38,611 nt of DNA from Reclinomonas americana ATCC 50394. Taxonomy: Eukaryota. A program made the position numbers and the translations under genes. Where the stretch lies: contig PS015237.1 in assembly GCA_048213135.1 (NCBI GenBank), positions 11,194 to 49,804 of the forward strand, read 5' to 3'. A model generated the notes under the pieces. That model was given only the letters and a program-made list of their open reading frames with translations, searched no databases and was not told where the DNA came from. Below are positions 33,632 to 38,611 of the stretch, one piece after another (within the stretch, counting starts at the first letter, position 1; each line of letters starts with the position of its first letter).

Positions 33632-36600
33632 ATGGGCGACAGCGAGAAGGTGGCCTGCCTCCCACTTCACTCTGCTCACCACTTTCTCTTCACTCACTTT
33701 GCACGTCTTCTTCTCTCCTCTCTCACATACGCAGCCGGCCTCCGCTCGATTCGCGGTTCCCGCGCTGCCGACCTCACGCGCGGCCTCCAACGCCCATGCG
33801 CGCTCTCGCTCTGCTCCCTCGTCAGCGCGCGATCGCCCACGCGCCTCAGTGCCCTCTGTGGGAACAGCAGCAGCAGCAGCAGCCGCGGCAGCCGCAGGTC
33901 GCCCTCGTCGCTCTCCAGTGGCCAGTGGATCACGATCGTCACGAACTCCTCCACTGACCACCAGCCCCGGGCGCAGCGCCAAGGCACACGATCGCACGTC
34001 ACCTGCACGCACACCGTCGCCACCGCGGCCGACTATCACGTGCGTGCTGAATCTGCAGAAGAGTGCGCTGCTGCACCCACCGATCATTGATTTTTCGATG
34101 TGTGATACACACCGCAGTCGCGACTGTCGAGGCATGCTGCCGCAGCCGGTGTGCAGCATGCGCCTGGTGCAGACGCTGCAGGGACATGGTGATTCGGTCA
34201 CTGCGGTGGCGTGGCATCCGGCGCAGGCCAACGTGCTGATCAGTGGCGGGAGAGACAACTCGATGCGCGTGTGGAATGTGGCGGAGGCGTCGAGTCGGGT
34301 GCTGGGCGATCACGCGGCGCCAGTGGATCCTGTGCAGTTCTCAGGCGACGGTGCCGTGCTCGTGTCGGTGGAGGCCAAGACGCAGACTGTGAAGGTGGGA
34401 TGGTGATTGTGATTGATGGTGGAAACAAAGTTCAGCGTCTTTACGTTGTGTTTGCGCTTGCAGTTCTGGGACACAGAGGGCTCCATGTGCACGCGCGCAT
34501 TCACTGACAATGGTATGTCGGCCGCCGTGTCACCCTCCGGTCAAGTGTACGTTTCGTCGGAGATGGACGGGTGCATTCGCGTGCGAAACTTTGCCACGTC
34601 GCCCACGGGCGGCAAGGTGGTGGCGACGCTGCGTGGTCACACTCGCGGCCTACTACGCATGCGCTTCTCACCGAGTGGCACGCGCCTCTTGTCGGCTTCG
34701 TCCGACAACACGGCGCGTGTGTGGCTCATGCAGAGCCGAGTGTGTCAACATGGTGAGAGAACACAGTGTGCGTGAGGAGCGAGTCAGTGCAGAACCGCTG
34801 ACTTTTCGTGTTGCGTGCAGTGCTGGAGGGCCATACGCAGTGGGTGTGGGGTGCTGCGTGGTCACCGTCGGGTCTGCGCATCGCGACCTCGTCTGGCGAC
34901 CAGTCGATCCGGCTGTGGGACGCGGTGAGCGCGTGCTGTTCGACCGTACTCTTCAGCTACATGGCGTGCTCAATCGTCTCGCACAGGTGTCTGGCGCGTG
35001 CGAGTTTGTGCTACTCGGTCACACGGCCGCCATTCGTTTCGTAGAGTTTTCTCCCAGCGGAGAACACGTGTTGTCGAGCTGTTGCGTCCCGCGTGTTCTC
35101 GACTGCGTGTTGCCACTCTCACCTGCGCTCACCACGAATACCGATTCGCGCAGCCGACGATCACAGCTTGCGCCTGTGGTCGGCCGACACGGGTGAGTAC
35201 GTGGCACACATTGGTGGTCTGTGCACGAGCATTTCGTGGAGCCCGGCGGGGAATCGGTTCGCGGCGGCAACCGAGTGCGACATTTCCGTGTTTCAAGTGG
35301 ACGGTGCCCGAGGTCCGTCGCCCCTCGCCTCACCTCCAGAGATCATCTCTCTGCCTCTCTTTCTCAAGGCCGTACTTCCCAACTGCAGTGTCGGTGGATG
35401 CGGTGCCTGTGCTGCGGCAAGTCCGTGGCACCGATCAGTGCGGACAGTTTGTTGTGCTGGAGTGGAATCAAGCGAGTTTGCCGGCTGGCGCCGAACTGCG
35501 ACTGGTGCACCAGTTCCGCCACTATTCTCCTGGTGCGAGCACGCGTGCATCATGTGGTGTCCACGGCTTCCGCTCACCTCTCATCTCACTCTTACCTCGC
35601 GCTCATAGCACCGCTGCCGGTCGTGTTCCTCCCAACTGGGCAATCGGGGTGGTTTGGCTGTGTGGTGTCGGTCGTCGGTGACGGCGTGCATCGCTTCCGG
35701 TTGGAGGCGCGTCGTACGTCAGCGTCCTCGTCAGCGGCGGCTGCTGCAGCAGCAGCAAACGGTAGGGCGCCACCATTCACGACAGTGGACGCAACCTCCT
35801 CCAGCAACACTGGCCTCTCGTTCACCAGCGACGACGACGACACCGCCCATGGCTCGTTTACCCCCATTGAAAGCCTCATGACAGAGGCTTCCACCGTATC
35901 CACGGACAAGCATGACGATAGTGTGGGCGATGGTGCTGGCATCGGCGAGGACAGCGAAGACATGCTCACGTGGGTTCCAGGCCAGTGGCTCGACGTGGAG
36001 TGCCACACGTGTTGCGTCGCCCGCTGCCAACTGCACCCTCATGCGCTAGCTGTCCACCTACCGCCTTGTGCACAGCATTCCTGACTCTGGAGGCGCGCTC
36101 TGTGACGAGTTTTGGTGCGCTGATCACGTGGGACACGGCGGTGTTTCGTGTGCTGCCCAACGTGTGCCCGTGGCTCTTTGATGCGGAAACAGGCGAGCCG
36201 CTGGAGACGTGGTGCCCGCACACGACTTGCCATGTCGACTGCCGCGTGCTCAGTCTGCCGGATCGTGCCGTGATTCAGACGCTGAACGATGTGGCGTCGT
36301 CGGCGGGGCGCTTCGAGGTGGACCACTTGCTGCCCGATTACGGTACGCACGGAAACGCATTCGAGGTGCTTCATGTTCTGACTCCTGGTGTGTGTGTGTG
36401 TATGCTCGTGTGCAGAGTATCGTGCAGAGGTGCGCCTCGCCGGTGTGCACGGCGTCGTGCCCGACGTGGTGGTCTTCCGCACCACGGCCTTGCCGGAGAG
36501 CGATCTCGCGCAGCTGCCGCCAGTCACCGAACGTGCACGATCTGTTATTCGTGCCATGGCCCCACTGGTGGAGCATGCCAACTTGCCAATGTCGCCCTCG

Positions 36601-37197
36601 CCACTGGGAGTTGCGGCACTGTCGCCACGGCCACCACCTGCAGCAATGATCCGCGACCAACTGGCGGAGCTGGATACGTTGGCGACGCAGCAGGCGCCGA
36701 CCGCCGATCTCTGTCGGCGTCTGCTCCAGCGCAGCGAAAGTGCCACCGTGCAATTGCCACCGTCGTCAGCCGACGCAAGCGCTCGCGTGGTGGAGCTGGC
36801 GGTGGAGCACTGCCGACGAGTGCGCGACCACGATGAAGATCTGCACCTCGAAGCCTGGTCGCAGCTCGAGCACGCCGCGCGAGCCGACGCCGCCGCTGCT
36901 GCAGCCGCCGCTCAGAGCCTACAGGCCGACAGTGTGACCGAGCTCGCCAAGGACATCAACGCGGCGCGTCGAGCCGCCGAGGTGCACCGCGACTTTCTGC
37001 AGCGCGAAATCAGCCGCCTCGATCGCCAGCTGCTGTACATGGACGCCCTGGAGAGACTAATCGCCAGTCAGAGTGCGGATCGGACCTCGCGGCAGCAAGC
37101 TGTGCTGCAGGAACGGGCACAGGCGCTCGAGGAAGTGGCTGCGTGCGCCGCCGACTGTAGACACATTGTCGAAGGCGAAGGCGGGGACCGTGAATGA
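33632..37197 (+). CDS. WD40-repeat + FN3-like + coiled-coil protein (paralog 2)
   Basis: Collinear with paralog 1 (GGKxVxxLRGHTRG, LSxSSDNTxR, LEGHTxWVWG, ATSSGDxSIRLWD, GxFGCxV, GQW, LLPxxxYRxE). About 10 introns; start ATG inferred. Confidence 0.83.
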
Positions 37198-37531
37198 ACT
37201 GATCGCAATTTCATCTTGGATAACACGAGGCGCAGGTGAGAGGATACGCTGCGATCTGTGCGTGGCATGCATGTGTGTGTGCGCGCGTCGGTTTGCGTTG
37301 TGTTTGGCGTGCGTGTGCAGGAGTGCGAGATGGCACACACGCACAAGACATGGTTGTCTGCCTCACTCTCTTCCTCGCCCTTTCTCACACGCACGCACAC
37401 ACCCTCGCCTTCTGCCTGCGCTCGCTCTCTCCTTCACACTCGTGTGGGGCAGTGGTGGATGCGAGTGAGCATTTCTGTGTATGTGTGTGTGTGTTCTGTG
37501 GTCTAATGACGAATTTGATGATGATGCAGGG

Positions 37532-38611
37532 ATGAGCAGTCGCAGCAGTAGCGCAGGCAGTGCGTCGACCATGGATGGCAGTGGCGCAGTTGTCGCCAAT
37601 GCGGAGGCTGCGGGAGCTGCCGCGCGTGTGCCAGCCACCAACGGAGCCGCTGCCGGAGGCAATGACAGCAGCGCCGATGAGGCACATGCGAGTGCGAGTG
37701 CAGGAGGAGGAGGGCAGGGAGCGGGTGGCAGTGCACCGGTGATGCTGGCGCAGGCGGTGCAGCAGGCACCGGGTGCACACTCGTCAACAGCCATGTTCTC
37801 GTCGGTGGCGAGGGCGGCGTCGCCGCTGGAGGATCCGCTGTTTGGTCGCGCGCATGAGTTGGAGTTGATTGCGCAAAAGGCCGAGGTGGCGGCCGCCAGT
37901 GGAAAGCCGTTTGTGTTGGTGTTGAGGTGCGTGCGTGTGTGTGTGTGTGTATGGGTGTGTCTTGCTCGTGTGCATGGTGATGTTATTTTCACACTTTGCT
38001 GCAGTGCACCGGGTGGCTTTGGTAAGACCAAGCTGGCGTATGCAGCGTGGAACATCCTGCTGCAGTGGTTCACAGGGCCAAAGCTGTGGGCGCGTCTTCG
38101 TGGCCAGCATCACTTGCGAGTTTCGTCACCATTGCCGCGTGTCTGTCTGTGCACTCGGTTGTGTGAGAGTGACGAATGTCCTTCGCTCGCCATCAGATGG
38201 ATGGCATCCTGACCGAGCTTCTCATGTCCTACGACTCCAAGTCCACCGACACGCTGAAGAAGTCAATGGAGCAGAAGATGAGCATGTACAGAGAGTTGCG
38301 TCGTGTCTCGTCGTGTGCTGTCATTTCCCCTCGTGTGTGGTGGTCGTTGACACGCTGGGTGAACTTTGCAGACTGGTGAGCAAGAAGGGGCTGGTGCTTC
38401 TCGACCACGTGCATCAGCTGTCGGCAATCGACGAACTCGTCCGGGCACCCGACGCCAACTCGGCGTTCCTGGTGACCACGCGCGAGGATGTGTCGGAGAT
38501 TCACGTGGTGGACATGGTGCGTCACTTTTGTGTTCTATTGCGCGCGCGCGCGTGTGTGTGTGTGTGGAGAGAGTGCTCACGCATGCATCGCAGGAGGCCT
38601 TGGTGATCCCG
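37532..38611 (+). CDS. NB-ARC/STAND-type P-loop NTPase, 3' truncated by window end
   Basis: LFGRAHEL, Walker A VLSAPGGFGKTKLA, Walker B GLVLLDHV, and sensor-1 FLVTTRE after removing three introns. Confidence 0.8.

Noticed and set aside
458-38371. GTTGCG introns as an introner/transposon family
   Set aside because: I saw no shared internal sequence, terminal inverted repeats or consistent target duplications beyond the splice signals. An all-vs-all alignment would be needed to exclude it fully.
1-38611. Stop-codon reassignment as the cause of fragmented ORFs
   Set aside because: The breaks are explained by GT(GC)-AG introns, and TGA, TAA and TAG all terminate genes.

Overview
This is gene-dense, GC-rich eukaryotic (protist-like) DNA with about 100 short (roughly 60-100 nt) spliceosomal introns and four N-gaps. 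TGA, TAA and TAG all act as stops, consistent with the standard code. Splicing by hand gives about 15 genes: a TPR protein, a secreted GH32 with a PAN insert, three unknown or membrane proteins, an Mrs2/CorA Mg2+ channel divergent from an AUH-like enoyl-CoA hydratase, a cyclic-nucleotide-binding 6TM channel, two ARM-repeat genes, a PB1-like/HEPN-like/TKL kinase, two paralogous WD40-FN3-coiled-coil genes flanking a cystatin-papain(Cys>Ser)-EGF gene, and a truncated NB-ARC/STAND ATPase. The strongest unusual signal is in splicing. About a third of donors read GTTGCGT (GTT[GAT][CAT]G), the local GTGCGT/GTGAGT consensus shifted by one base, and nearly all of them follow exons that do not end in G. 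Gene models and counts are manual and have no transcript support.
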